The notes under the pieces: generated by a model
Seen by the model: only the letters and a program-made list of their open reading frames with translations
The model's database searches: none
Told to the model about the DNA's origin: nothing
Assembly: GCF_009914755.1 (NCBI RefSeq)
Contig: NC_060932.1
Length of the DNA: 64,000 bases
Source: the human T2T-CHM13v2.0 reference genome, Homo sapiens
Reading direction: 5' to 3' (one strand)
Part shown: positions 28,150-44,003 of the stretch, in pieces
Numbering within the stretch: position 1 is the stretch's first letter
Layout of the letters: every line of letters starts with the position of its first letter
Translations under genes and position numbers: made by a program

Positions 28150-31100
28150 CATATTATAGTCAAACTGCTAAAATTCAGTTATAGATAGAAAAACTCAATA
28201 GCATTCAGAGAAAAAAAAGATAGTACAGTGGTGGAACAATGATGAAATATCAGCTGATACTTTATCAGGAATAACTACGGCCAAAACACAATGGGATAAT
28301 AGCTTTGAAGTGCTCAAAAAAATGCCTTCCAAAATTTTACATCCAGTAAAAATATTGTTCAAAATGATGGCAAAATAAAGATAGTTAAGCAAAAGCTGAG
28401 AGAACATGTTATCAGCAGACCTGCATTATAAGAACTGTTAAAGCATCCCTCAGGCTAGAAGGAAATGATACCAGAGGGAAAATCAGATCTATAGAAAAGA
28501 ATGAAGATTAGCTGAAATGGTGAATATGTAAGACTATCTTACTTTTCATTAATTTTCAAAGACAATTGACTGCTTAAAGCAAAAATACAAACAATGTAGT
28601 ATAGAGTTTATAATAAACACAGCATTAAAATTATGTGATAAAACAGCACAAAGAATGATAGTAAATGAAATTACAGTGCTAAAGCTTCTACATTATTATA
28701 AGAGGTGATATAATATTTTTTGTAAGTAGAACATAATAAATTGGGAATGCATTTCTTTAATTCCAAGAGCAGTCACTTAAAAATGTTAAAAAAAATACAA
28801 AGAGTTTTCCCTAAAAAGCTAATATAAAACATCACATAGAATACTAAAATATATTTGACTAAGGAGGAACTAATGCACACAAAGCAGTTGGGGCAAATAG
28901 AAAATAGCAGAATGGTAAACTTAAACCTGAACACATTAATAATTACATTAAGTATAAATGAATTACACACACCAATTAAAAGGCAGAGGTTGTCAGACTG
29001 GATAAACGAGCAAAACTTGTAAGCTCACTATAAGATTCACACTCTGAAGGCCAGAGAGGTTCAAAGTATAAAGTTAGCAAAAGAATTATATGCAAAAAGT
29101 AGGCAAAAGAGAGTTATAGCTTAATGATAAAAAGTATATTCAATAGGAAGACAAAACAATTCTAAATGTATATGCATTTAAAACAGTTTCAAAATACATA
29201 AAGTAAAAACTGACAAAACTAAAAAAAAAGAGACAAATGGGATATCATAGATGGATATTTAAACATATTTCTCTAAATAATTCATAGAAAAGTAGAGAAA
29301 AATCAGTAGAGATATAGAAGATTGGAATAACAGTATCAACATTTACAGTAGATTGAAATTTATAGTACAATATGCCAAACAGCTACAGAATACAAATTAT
29401 TTTCAAGTGCAGATGAAATGTTTATAGAAATAGTCCATATACAGGGTCAACTTTCTGTACTTTTATAACAACATGATTAAATTAGAAATCCATCATGGAC
29501 ATTTAAGAAAATTTCAAAATATTTGGAAATCAGACAGTTTTAATAACAAATGGGTCAAAGAAAAATAAAAAGAAAACTTAGAAAATAATTCAAACTAAAT
29601 GATAAAAATACAACACATAAAATCTCTGGAGATATAGCCAAAACAGTGGTTAATGAGAAACCCAGAGCTTTAAACAAGAAAGTTTTAAAATTATTGATAT
29701 AAGTTCCTATCTTAAAAAGCTAGAAAATAAATTCAAATTGTATCCAAATAAGTAGAAAAAATGAAAAATACAGATGAAATGAATCAATGAAATCAAAATA
29801 TGTGAACATACAGAATATTAGCAATGCCAACACTGAATAATTCTTAGTAGTACTGGCAAAGAAAAAAGTAGAGAACCACAAATTACCAGTATTGGAAATG
29901 AAAGACGGGAACTGATTTTACTACAGATCTTACAGACACAAAGGATAACAAAAGACTATTACAAACAAATGTATGCCAGCAAATTTGCCAACTTAGATAT
30001 AAGGAAAAATATTCTGACAAAACACATCACAGCAGATGTAAAACAAGAAGAAAAGTATGTCTAAATAGTCCCATGTAGGTTAAAGAAGTTAAATTTGTAA
30101 GCAAAATGCTTCCCAAAAAGAAGACTTCCAGTTCACATGATTTCATTGGTAAATTCAATCACATATTTAGAGAAGAAATAATGCCAAATGTAACAAATTC
30201 TTTCAGAAAATAGAACAGAGGGAACACTTCTCGGATTGTTTGAAAACCACCATAGCTGATACCAAAACCTGGCAAAGACATTAAAAAGAAAAAAGAAAAT
30301 TACAGATGAATACCCCTTATACACATAAGTATATACACTTAAAAATATTGTTAAATCTCTATGACACAGTACAGTCTCAAATGAATTTCTAATAGGCTTA
30401 GAAAGTTGACATTCAAATTCTAAAGTTTATATGGAAATAATGACCTTGAATGGCCAAAATCATCTGAAGAAAGAACAATGTCATCAGTGGAATTATAGGA
30501 TCTGATTGCAAGACTTACCCTAAGGCTATAATAATCAAGACAATGTGGTATTGACATAAGGCTAGAATAACAGATTAGTGGAATGGATTACAGTCCAGAA
30601 ATAGATCCACACATATGTGGTCAATTAGTTTTTAACAAAGCCACCAAGGCAATTTGATACAGAAAGGAAAATATTTTCAACCATTGGTGCTGGAACAATT
30701 GAATAAATGTAAAGAAAGAGAATGAACTTTGACCCTCTACGCCACAACAAACATTACTTTGAGATGAATTATAGCCCAAACATAAAAGCAGAGACTATGA
30801 AACTTCCAGAGAAAATGTATAATATATTCAAAACATTGGCCTGGCAAAAATTGTTTAGAAATAACAAAAATCACTAAAGATGAAAGAAAAAATGGATAAA
30901 TTAAACTTCATTAAATGACAGATTGCTTCTCAAAAAATAAAAAGAAAAATTGTAAATGCATTCCACTCACTGATTTAGATAAAATATATACAACATATTA
31001 AAATCTGACAAATGTGTATCTAAAATATATACAGAACTCCTGCAAATCAGTTTTTTAAAAAGACAACCTAATTAAAATAGGCAAGGAAATGTAATAGGCA

Positions 31101-31600
31101 CTTCTCAAAAGAGATAAACAAATGGGAAATAAGCACTTGAAGAATGTTTAACATAATTAACCATCAGGGAAATAAAAATTAAAACAACATTGAGATGCCA
31201 CTTCCTACCAGCTAGAATTGGTAAAATGAAAGATTCTCAACACTAAATGTTGCTAAGTACGTGGAGCAGCTGGAATTCTCAAACATTGCTAATGGGAATG
31301 CAAAATTTTACAATCACTTTGTATGATGTGTTTAGCAGTGTCTCATAAAGTTTAATATCTACTTGCTCTATGACATAGTCATTCCTAGATATTTTCCCAA
31401 AAGGTGATAAAATATATGTTCACAAAAATATTTGCATAAGAAAACAATTTTATTCAAAATAACCCAAACAGAACACAATACAAATGTCAATCATCAGGAG
31501 AATATGTAAACAAATTGTTGTATATTCATACAATAGAATACTGTTTAACAATAAAAATCAATTACATACTGATACGTGTAACAATATGGATGAATCCTAT

Positions 31601-32017
31601 TGCTATTGACTAAATTTTGTCCTCCCACAATTCATGTTGATGCCCTAACCCCAATGGGATTGTATTTGGAGACAGGGCTTTTAGGAGGTAATTAAGGTTA
31701 AATAAGGTTATAAGAGTGGGGTCCTAATCTGATAGAGTTGTTAGCCTTTAAAAGAAGAGCAACAGAGAGAAATTCTCTTCATGCACACATAGAGATAAAA
31801 GGAGTGAGGACACAGATAAAAGGATGTGAGGACACAGTTAGAAGGCAGCCATCAATAACCCAAGGAGAGAGTCCTCATTAAAAACTGACCATTTTGGCAC
31901 CTTGATTTTGAAACTTCCAGCCTCCAGAACTGTGAGAAAATAAGTTTCTCCATTTAAGCCACCCAATCTATGGCAATCTACAGTATTTTATTTTGTCACC
32001 TTTAGCTAACTAAGACA
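31601..32017 (+). mobile_element. MLT1A-like (MaLR) solo LTR
   Basis: TGCTATTGACT...CCCTAACCCCAATG...AATTAAGGTTAAAT...CTTCCAGCCTCCAGAACTGTGAGAAAATAAG...CTAAGACA. Confidence 0.85.
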
Positions 32018-32409
32018 CTCATAAATATGTTTGTTCACAAAGGAAACTAGACACAGATTATTATATCCTATATTAATTTAATCATAAGAAATTTAAGAAC
32101 AGGCCAAAATAATCTATAGTGATAGAAATCAGAACAGGTGGGGAGTGAGGGATTGACTTGATATTAGCATAAGGAAACTTTCTATGGTGATGGAAATATT
32201 TTATATTGATACATACATTTACCAAAACTCATAATATTATACACTTAGTATCTGTGCATTTCACTGCACATTTTACTTCTAAAAAATAAAATAGTGATTT
32301 TTATATATAAAAATCATGTCTGCATAATGTTACATCATGAGAATATCTGAGGAGTCAAAATTAAACTTGAAATTTGGTCTTGCTTCTGAAGTGAAATGAT
32401 AATGATGAT

Positions 32410-34520
32410 ATTGAGATCTCTAATTATAATAGTAGATTTATCTATATTTCCTCACAGTTCTGTCAGTTCTCATCTTGTGTATTTTGATGCTTTGTTGTTA
32501 GGCACATAAATATTAAGGATTGTGATATATTCTTGACTAATCAACTCCTTTATTGTTCTAAGCCCCTCTTTTATCCCTGATAGTTTTTGTTGCTCTGAAG
32601 TTTGCTCTGTCTGAAAATAATATAGCTACTTCATCTCTCTTGATTAGTGTTAGCATGGTATATCTTTCTCTATCCATTTAATTTAGTCTTTATACATGTT
32701 TATATTTAAAGAGAGTTTCTTGTAGACAGTACGTATTTTGGCTTTGATCACTTTGGCAAACTCTTTTAATAAGCATATTTAAACCATTAACATTTAAAGT
32801 AATTATTGATGTAACTGGATTAATATCTACCATTTTTTCTTGTTTTCTATGTATTATTCTTGTTCTTTGTTCCTACTGTTGTCTTCCACCCTGTTTCTGC
32901 CTTTATGGTTTTAACTGAGCATTTTATATAATTCAACTTTCTCTCCCTTCTTAGTATATCTGTCATACTTCTTACTTTTTTTAGTGGTTGCTATGGAGTT
33001 TGGAATATATATATTTATAGCTATTCCAAGTCCATGTTTAAATTATACTATATTGCTTCATGGGTAGTTCAAATACCTTGTAATATCAAAATACTCCTAA
33101 TTCTTCCCTAATATTCCTTGTATTATTGCCATCATTTACTTCATATATACATATGCATACACACATGTGTAATTTAATACATTGTTGCTATTATTTTGAA
33201 CAGCTATCTGTTAGATCAATTAAGATTAAGAAAAACAAAAGTTTTGATTTCACCTTCACTTGTTTATTTTCTAATGCTCATTTTTTCTTTATACAGATCC
33301 AAGTTTCTGACCTACATCATTTTCTATCTCTCTGAAGAACTTCTTTTAACATTTGCTGAAAGAGAGGTCTACTGGCAACAAATTTCCTCAATTTTAATTG
33401 GTCTAAGAAAGTCTTTTTTTCTCCTTCAGTTTTAAAGGAGATTTGATATTTTCATATGGTACAGGAATCTAAGTTGGTGTTTTTGTGTTTTTTTTTTCCC
33501 CCTCAGTGCTTTAACTATTTCACCCTACTCTCTTCTTGCTTGCATCATTTCTGAGGAGAAGTCAAATGTAATTCTTATGTTTCCTCCCTAATGGTAAAGT
33601 TTTTTTTTTTGTTTTGTTTGTTCTGCTTCCCCCCCTCTGGTTTCTTTCAAAGTTTCTTCATCTTCAATTTTCTTCAGTTTGCACATAGTATGCCTAGGTA
33701 TAGTTCTACTGACATTTTCCTACTTAATGTTCTCTGAGCTTCTTGGATCTGTGGCTTCGTGTCTGACAGTAACTTAGGGGAAATTCTCAGTCAAAATTTC
33801 TTGAAATATTACTTCTCTTTTCTCTCTTTCCTCTCTTCCTGGTATTTTCATTATGCATATGTTACATTTTATACAATTGCCCCACAGTTCTTGAATATGC
33901 TGATGTGATTTTTTTATTTCTTTTTTTCTCTTTGCTTTTTTGTTTTGAAAGTTTTATTGACATAATCTGAAGCTCAGAGATTCTTTTTTCAGCCATGTCC
34001 AGTCTACTAATGAGCTATCAAAGGTATTCTTCATTTTTCTTACCATGTTTTTTATCTGTAACATTTCTTTTTTAATTCTTTCTTAGAATTTTGCTCTCTA
34101 TGCTTTCATTGCTCATCTTTTCTTTCATGCTATCTACTTTATCCATTAGAGACTTTACTGTATTAATCATGGTTTTAAAAAATTTCAGACTGATCATTTC
34201 AACATCCACACTATATCTGAATCTGGTTACTTCTTGTTTCCTCTCTCTTCAGGCTATAGGAGGTTTTTTGTTTGTTTGTTTGGGGCTTTTTTGTGCCTTT
34301 TATTATGTCTTGTAGTTCTTTCCTGATAGGCAGACATGATGGACTGGTTAAGAGAAACTGCTGTAGATATGCCTTTAGCAATGTGTAAGATGGGGATGGG
34401 GGAAGAAGTGTTCTATAGTCTCATGATTGCATCTCTGTCTTTTAGTGAGTCTGTGCTTCTAGACTTTGAACTTCATATGTACTCTCCACTCCCCTCTGCC
34501 CCACCTTAGCTAAGTCAGAA
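32410..34520 (-). mobile_element. Old L1 (L1MC/MD-like) 5'/ORF1 region
   Basis: T-rich antisense L1 text (GCTCTGAAGTTTGCTCTGTCTGAAA, TCTACTGGCAACAAATTTCCTCA, AGCTCAGAGATTCTTT). Confidence 0.75.
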
Positions 34521-34529
34521 TGTCTAAAA

Positions 34530-36545
<2,016 letters not shown>

Positions 36546-37319
36546 CATTCTTGACTGTGAAGTAATAAATATGTTTATTCTATGCCACAACAAAAGTTTT
36601 ATGAAAAAAAAATGAGAAGTTTGAAGTTGTGGAAAACTCTTCTGAGTTTAATAAGTTGAAATAATGAGGGGAATTCAAATTCAATGAAAATCAAAAAATG
36701 AGATAGTATAATTAATAACACATCATATTTCAAGAAACTTTTAAATGTGCTCTTTTCTCTGTGTGCCTCAAGTCAAATTGGTTAGCAAATTGAAAAAAAT
36801 CCAATAAAAATATCTACAGGTTTATCATCTGAAATTTAACCTTTTAAAGGTTTTATAGTCTTGTTATATAAAGTTCACATTCATATAGCAAAAGTTTGAG
36901 ATGTATGTTATACTTACAACTCTAGTTTATATTTTTCAGTAAGTTCTTCCTTGAAATTCCTACCTTTATTGACAATATAAGGTAAAGCAGCCATTTATTA
37001 ATGCATAGGTGGTGGTAGCAGCTGATCTTCTGTGAGAAATTTTGCTTTGAATTAAGTTTAGTGGATGACCCTGGCTTTATTTGATTTCTAACAGTTTCTT
37101 TAATTCTTTTAGCTATTATGGAATTAACCTGTATCTAAACAGAGAATCATATTTGATTAAATTTAGTCAAAAGAAAGAAACTTGTTAAATGTGATTAAAT
37201 GACTTTTTTGTATATGAGGTACAGTCACTCTTTTTTTCCTATCTCAGCTGCTATTCATGGTCCTTAATATAATTATACAATAGTTTAAAAGAATAACTTT
37301 GAGATTTTAGTTTTCTTCA

Positions 37320-37515
37320 TAGTTTATTAAGCATTGCTACAGGTTAAGCCACCATAGTAAGTGTTTTATATGCATTATCACATTTAATTTTCATAATAAC
37401 CCTATAGTGTGATTGATATCACTCCCATTTAAAGACAAGGCAAATGAGGCTCAAAGACATTTAATGACTTGGACAAAGGCAAATGTCTAGTCATTGGCAG
37501 ATCTAAAATTCAAAT
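37320..37515 (-). mobile_element. MIR
   Basis: CATTTAATTTTCATAATAACCCTAT...CCCATTTAAAGACAAGGCAAATGAGGCTCAAAGA. Confidence 0.7.
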
Positions 37516-37861
37516 GCAGTGTAACAAAACATGGCATGGAATTGTGTATACACACCCACATATCTTTTTTAAAAAAATTACTTTATGTGCCATTATATTT
37601 TAGTTTTGTCCCTTGTTAAACAACCTTAGATTGCTCTTGTATTTTTCAAAATTAACCTCAGAGACATGCTCTCTATTTGGTAGCTTTACTCTGTTTACAT
37701 TTATTGTGGATCTGAAAATACTTGGCTTTATTTTGCCACTTTTTTATGTTTACACTTTTAATACTTTTTTATGTTTTAAAAAGTTTCTGTTTGTTTTCAT
37801 ACCCTATTTCCTTTCCTTTACTGATTTCTATTGTTTTGCAAGTTTTATTGAATAAGCCCAA

Positions 37862-38100
37862 AGGGATAGTGTGGTATAGTAAAGAGAACAAGCATTGGAG
37901 ACAGAAAGCCATTGTTTCAGCCTCTCAAGTTCATTACTAATTGTACAACCTTGAGCCAATTATTTTAGCTTCTCTCTTAGTTTCCTCATCTGCAAAACTG
38001 GGATACCATTTGGAGGATTGTTGTGAGGATTAAGAGAGTAAATATATGTAGAATAGTGCTTGATGCATAGCAATAAGAAGCATTTTATGAGTGTTGGCTA
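37862..38100 (+). mobile_element. MIR
   Basis: AGTTTCCTCATCTGCAAAACTGGGATA...GGATTGTTGTGAGGATTAAG. Confidence 0.75.
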
Positions 38101-40275
38101 TTTTCCACCTCTCTTTTGTTCTTTTATCTTTTACCCTGGTGAGATTCATGCATTCTACTTACATTCTTTAACTTTTTTAACGTACATGTCTTGCAGCTTT
38201 AGGCTTCTCCTTAGCAAGACTAAGATTTTAGAAAACTCTTATACTATTAATTTTCTGCCTTTCCCTAATTTCAGTCTTCTATCTCCATCATTCCAGTTCC
38301 CTCCCTTCTCTAGAGGTAATTATTATGCTGATGTTGGTTTTGGTTTTTATTCTATTATTTCACAGTTTTACATGCTCAGGGATGTATCAATAATAATGTA
38401 TATATTTTTTAAATTTACGTCTGCAATATTGTACTATGCATACAATTCAAAGTTTCTTTTTCAATTAATTTTGTGTTTTAGAAATTTATTCATGTAGGTA
38501 TATGTAGGTATAGTTCATTTACTTTACCTGCTACTTAGCATTCTCTTGTATCAATATGCCAAAATGCATTTATCCATTTCTCTATTCATCAATTTCCAGA
38601 TTTACACTATTACCCTAGGTACCACTATGAATATCCCTGTCCTATTTTCTTGGGCAACTTTGTTTGAGTTTCTTTTGGGTTCACACCTGAGAGTGTCTAG
38701 CACTTTTGTATTTGAAATGGCAGAAAGCATTTTGTGACAGTCAGTCAGCCACATTAGTAGCAACTTACATTGTGTAATTTAATCAAATCCACATACTAGT
38801 ACATGAAATACATCCAAATTATTAGCTTTGAAAAACAAGTAGCAAACCTTATGTATGTCACCTCATTTTTGAAAAAAAAATTATGGCCAAAAAGTATATA
38901 AATTTCATTAGCTATAGATATATAAATATTTATATTTATCTCAATCTCTATCTAGTAAACCAAGCTACTATCTATAGTTAAATTTGGGGAGCAGTATTAA
39001 GGAAGGAGGGAATCTTTTTTTTTTTTTTTTTTGCTTTATATACTTCCTTATTGTTTGATTTTGTACACAGCCATTTTAAACAAGAAGAAGATACTAAAAC
39101 TACTATGAATTTTAGGATGAAATTATTTATTCTAAATAATTTTTTGTGATTATTCTGTCATTTCCCTGATTAGTATCTTGATAATTTTGCTAACAGTGCA
39201 AACTCTGTAGGCTTGAAATGCAGATTGTGAGCTTGTTTTGAAGACTGTATGTAGCGCACAAGTCAGGAGGCATAGCCTGACTCAGCAAACCCCAGGATCC
39301 GGGCACAGGAGCAGGTGTGGAAGTGATAAAGAGCCGAGGGCACCTCTGAGGCCTGCTGGAGAGGACGACCCTGCGAATCAGACCATTACCCAGGGATCTT
39401 CGGCCGATGTACTCCCTGGTGTCGACCTTATGGCATTTTAAGTTTGTTAGAAAGAACTGCAAAGTTCTTGTGGATTTTAAAACATTGGTAGTAATGTAGG
39501 TTGTAGGTATGATAGATTTCATCCACAAATGGCAGTTAATGGTGATTGAATTTCCCTTTAACAGCTAACACAAATGTTGATTCTAGTAGCCATATATACT
39601 CCCTTTTTAAATTTTTCATTCTTTCACAAACCATATTTGCTTTCTCATAAAATAAGAAATAAGAATGCTTATAATAAATTTTTTTAAACCTGAATTTTCT
39701 TAACCTATTTCTGAGTCTACTTACAGACCATCATTTCTACCATACATACAACCTGAGTTATTCACATTGCCAGTGAAAATATATGTATTTTATTGAATTT
39801 TGGTATATGAAAAGAACAGCAGAAAAAATTCTTGCTGGATCTACATAGTGATTGAGTATTGCTTCAGACTACATTATTTTCCTGGAGGGTAAAATAAAGT
39901 TTGTTAGCTCCTGTGTTTTGTAATTAACTTGTTACCTATTTATATTTGGCATTTTAGTTGGCACTTAGTTCTAGGCAAATAATTTTACACTGAAAAATCC
40001 ATTAACCTTCTCCGTGGGGGAATGATTTTCTTGTAAATTAAATTTTCTAATTAGCTAATCCTTTGGAAAACTGATCCTAAACTTGAGCCCCAAAAGCTTA
40101 ACAAAACTGTTTGTAGTTTTAAAATAAACTCTTACAAATTGCTTCCTAAAGATACCAGATTCAAATTACTGTTTATTAGACAATAATGAGGCTACTTATC
40201 CCAGGAATTAAGTGACTCATCAAACAAAACCATTATTATATTTCATTGCTATTTCTTTGCTGTCTGCCCACCCAG

Positions 40276-40284
40276 ATCTTGCAG
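40276..40284 (+). CDS. Candidate 9-nt C8orf34 microexon (ATCTTGCAG; adds D-L-A in phase 1)
   Basis: Pyrimidine/TGC-rich acceptor ending CCCAG, CAG/GTAAGT donor, TGCATG at 40307-40312, length divisible by 3; predicted from sequence only. Confidence 0.6.
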
Positions 40285-41319
40285 GTAAGTAGCAAAACCT
40301 CCACCTTGCATGTAAGCTATCAGAATGTGCTTTGGTTTCCCTACAAATTGCCTGCCATAGAACAACCTTGTAACAAAAAATGTGCCTTTATCAAATCAGC
40401 TCCCTACACCAATGGGGAATAAACATCCTTCCCAAAGAGTAGTTGAGATGTTTTGGTATTCTGAGAATATGGTGATTTTCACTGTGGTTTCTACTTAACA
40501 TTCACTCTGTAATAACAAAGATGTTTTTCTATATGCTGTTTAATTATAAGGGATATGACTGATGGAGTCTTTCCAGACCAGGTGCCCATAGCATAAACAT
40601 CAGAATAATGGACAGCCACAGTTATTGGCAGTCAGAGATAAGAGGCTGAGAATTAGAACAGATGTGAGTTAGTAATGAAATAGTTTAGAACATTCTCTAC
40701 CCTGATTTTTGGCCAAAAATGCCTTTATAACTGGAGAAAGAAAACGTGGAAATGTTCCACCTAAAATATGAAAAGATGCTCAAACGCCTGTGGTTCAGAA
40801 GGTACTTCATCTGGCTTTCATCTGCTGATCCTCATTTATTAGTTCTGAACTTTTTATAGATAAAAGTTATAGGATAATAGGTGAAAACTATTATATTAAC
40901 CCTCAGCATTTTTATTCTGAGTCAACACAGGCCATAATAAAATGGTCTATTAGACAGTGAAGCTAGCTTGTGTGAACACCATTTTAAGAATAGCATTGGA
41001 GAACGAACTATTCTTCACCTCATTTTAGGTTTTGAATCTAACTTTGATTACTAATCTTAAATAGAAATAATTTTAAATTTTTCCATTAAAAATGTTGGAA
41101 AGTAAATATATGTTGATTTTTTAAATTAATGAAATATACCTCTCTTACAATAAATTAAATTGTTTTTACCAAACAGAAAAGAAAATCTCTAACTATATAG
41201 TTTCTTTTTTTTCTCATAAAGTGTACCAATATGGAGGATTTAATTAATTGAGAAATGTCTATAATTGTTAGTAATATGCTAATAGGAAAAGGATGAAAGA
41301 GAGAAAGAGATAGGGCGAG

Positions 41320-41351
41320 TGGGAAAGAGAGAGAGAAAGAGAGAGAGAGAG
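41320..41351 (+). repeat. (GA)n-rich simple repeat
   Basis: GAAAGAGAGAGAGAAAGAGAGAGAGAGAGA. Confidence 0.85.
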
Positions 41352-41479
41352 ATCACAAGCACAGGAAGAAATTTCTGGTCTTCTAGCAAAAAATATGTTT
41401 AGATATAAAAATGGGCTAATTATTTTTGTGATTGTAGAAGGATATCAGTGCTAGTGGAGGCTTATGATTCCATTTCTGA

Positions 41480-42920
41480 TTAGCTGTTGAGGTCATTGAT
41501 TATGCTATGCCCTGTACTAGGAAAATACAGAGCCAAATGAGGTACAGTCACTACCCAAATAGTAGAGAAAAAGACAAGAAACAAAGAAGAAAAAAACCGA
41601 ATACAAATCCATGTTGTATAAACAACATTAAAAGTATGTACAAAGTAAGACATGCAGGGGAGAGAATAGGTGATTAATTCTATTACTGGGAGAATCACAG
41701 AAGGCATCACAGAAGACATGATTAACAAGATCTTGAGTTAGAAAGGTGGGTTTTCTTGTGAGATGATTTAGTGGGATGCAGGAAACCAATGAGAGTGAAC
41801 ATGAACATAAAACAAGGTAAGATCATATTTACATTTTAAAAAGTTATTCTGCTGGTTGTAGGAATGATGAAAGGGAGTTATCCCTAGATTTGGAGACCAG
41901 AGGTCACTGATTGCAGGAATACAGGTGGAAGATGATGACTATGCTATGGAAGTAACAGATGGAGGAGCCTAAAGTAATTTCTATGTGTCCAGCCTGAGTG
42001 AAGGCTGGTATCATCAACATAGACAAGGAATTCAGGAAAAATAATTTTCAGCTTTGGGATAAGAAACGACTTTATATTAGTATAGTTTTTAAAGTGCGAG
42101 TGTTTTTTTACATGTCCTGTAAATGATAAGACGTATGAGTAAGTCTGTAAATTGAGGGTGGAGTTTCTGAAGAAGGCAGGACAGGAATTTTAGTTTTGCA
42201 AATTAAAACTGATTAAAGAGAACTTTAAAATAAGATCAGAAGGGATACTGATGGAAACTTGAGAAATGGCACATGAGTCTATGGCAAAAAAACATTTTCT
42301 TTTGTTGTCATAAGAATACGTGTGACCTGTTTTAATACAGAAGACTCATCTACATGGAGAAATTACCTGGATTTGCTTTTGTTTATAGATGTCGAAAAAC
42401 ACCTCAGCCTAAAAAATTAAATCTGAACATGATGTAGGTATGAAATTAGCATGTAGCCAGGAACTTCAAAATTTGAGAAGGGAGTCGGTTAGATGAACAG
42501 TTAAAATATACTCAGTGGTACATGCTATGATGTAGCAAGAATGTGACTCCTAGGGACATGTGGGTGGGCTCCACCTGAATGTAGAAGTGTGGGCTGTGAA
42601 TAGAAGATCCATGGAGTTGATGGAACACAGTCCCTGAAAGTCAAGTAGGTACAGAGAGGAACATTGGGTTTCAGATGGGGACAACAGAGAACATGGAAGC
42701 ATTCCTACTAGGTGGTTCACCAGACAGAGGCGGAATACTGAGGGTGATGAAGCTGGGAAGATCTGCTGAGGTCAGAATGGGACTTTGCATTCCATATTAA
42801 ATGGTTTGGAAATCAGTGGAAAACTATGGAAGAGGATAAGCAAGGGAGTCACCTGATTCTGGTGTTTTTTTTTTTTTTGAATGAAACAGTGTCGGAGTGG
42901 CAGACTGGAAGATGTATTGG
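41480..42920 (-). mobile_element. Decayed L2 fragments
   Basis: Purine-rich tract with antisense L2-type phrases (GAAGGCATCACAGAAGA, GATCATATTTACATTTTAAAAAG, AGATTTGGAGACCAG). Confidence 0.45.
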
Positions 42921-43696
42921 AGAGCATTATGCACCTACAGAGGTGCCGAGAGACAGTTCACACACATGCAGTAGGGAAAGAAGGAGGAGTTTTCATTTCT
43001 GATCATTTTTTATTGTTCACTTAGTTTCATATCAAGAATGTACTATCTTATAGTTACACATCCTGAACATTTTACTCTAAGTATTTGCCTTCCATTGTCT
43101 TGTGCTGTTTCCTAGTTTGCTCTAAAACCAGGACTTAAATTAGTGACAACAGATTTACCTTCATTTGGTTACAGTCATGCTTCACTTAACGATGGGGACA
43201 CTTTCTAAGAAATGCATCCTTACCAGATTTAGTCTTTGTGTGAACATCATAGAGTGTACTTACACGAACCTAGACGGTACAGCCTACTACAAACCTAGGT
43301 TAGATGGCAGAGCCTATTGCTCCTATAAACCTGTACAACATGTTATTCTACTGAATACTGTAGGCAATTGTAATGCAATGGTAAGTATTTGTGCATCTAA
43401 ACTTATCTAAACGTAGAAAAGTACAGTAAAAAATGGTATGCAAGATAAAAAATGGTACTCCTGTACAGGACACTTAACATAGATGGAGCTTGCAGGACTG
43501 AAAGTTGCTCTGGGTGAGTCAAGTGAGTGGTGAGTAAACGTGAAGGCCTAGGACATCACTGTACACTACTGTAGACTCTGTAAACACTCTACATTTTGGC
43601 TACATTAGATTTATCTTAAAATTTTTCTTTCTTCATTAATAAATTAACCTTAGCTTACTATAACTTTTTTTTTTAACTTCATACACTTTTAATTTA

Positions 43697-44003
43697 ATTT
43701 TTTTTTTTTTTTTGAGACAGGGTCTCACTCTGTCTCCCAGGCTGGGTGCAGTGGTGTGATCGTGTGATCACAGCTCACTGCAGCTTCCACCTCCAGGGTT
43801 CAGGTGATCCTTCCAGTGTAGTCTCCTGAGTAGCTGGGATTACAGGTGCATGCCACCACACCGGGCTAATTTTTGTATTTTTTGTGGAGGCAGGGTTTCC
43901 CCATGTTTCCCAGACTGGTCTTGAACTCCTGGGATCAAGGAATCTGCCAGCTTCAGCCTTCCAAAGTGCTAGGATTACAGGCATGAGCCACCACACCCAA
44001 CCC
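43697..44003 (-). mobile_element. AluJ within Tigger3
   Basis: Poly-T then GAGACAGGGTCTCACTCTG; GATCACAGCTCACTGCAGC J-type; TSD ACTTTTAATTT. Confidence 0.92.

Larger units (their letters stand above)
26490..32290 (+). mobile_element. Long decayed L1M (L1ME-like): 5' region, ORF1/ORF2 remnants and 3' UTR, interrupted by two LTRs
   Basis: Continuous A-rich L1 text with ORF2 phrases (ATCAAGACAATGTGGTATTGAC, GTCCAGAAATAGATCCACAC, TGGTGCTGGAACAATTG) and a 3' end with TCTGTGCATTTCACTG...AATAAAA. Confidence 0.8.

Noticed and set aside
43378-43386. Strong donor ATG/GTAAGT
   Set aside because: Part of the Tigger3 element, with no convincing acceptor upstream.
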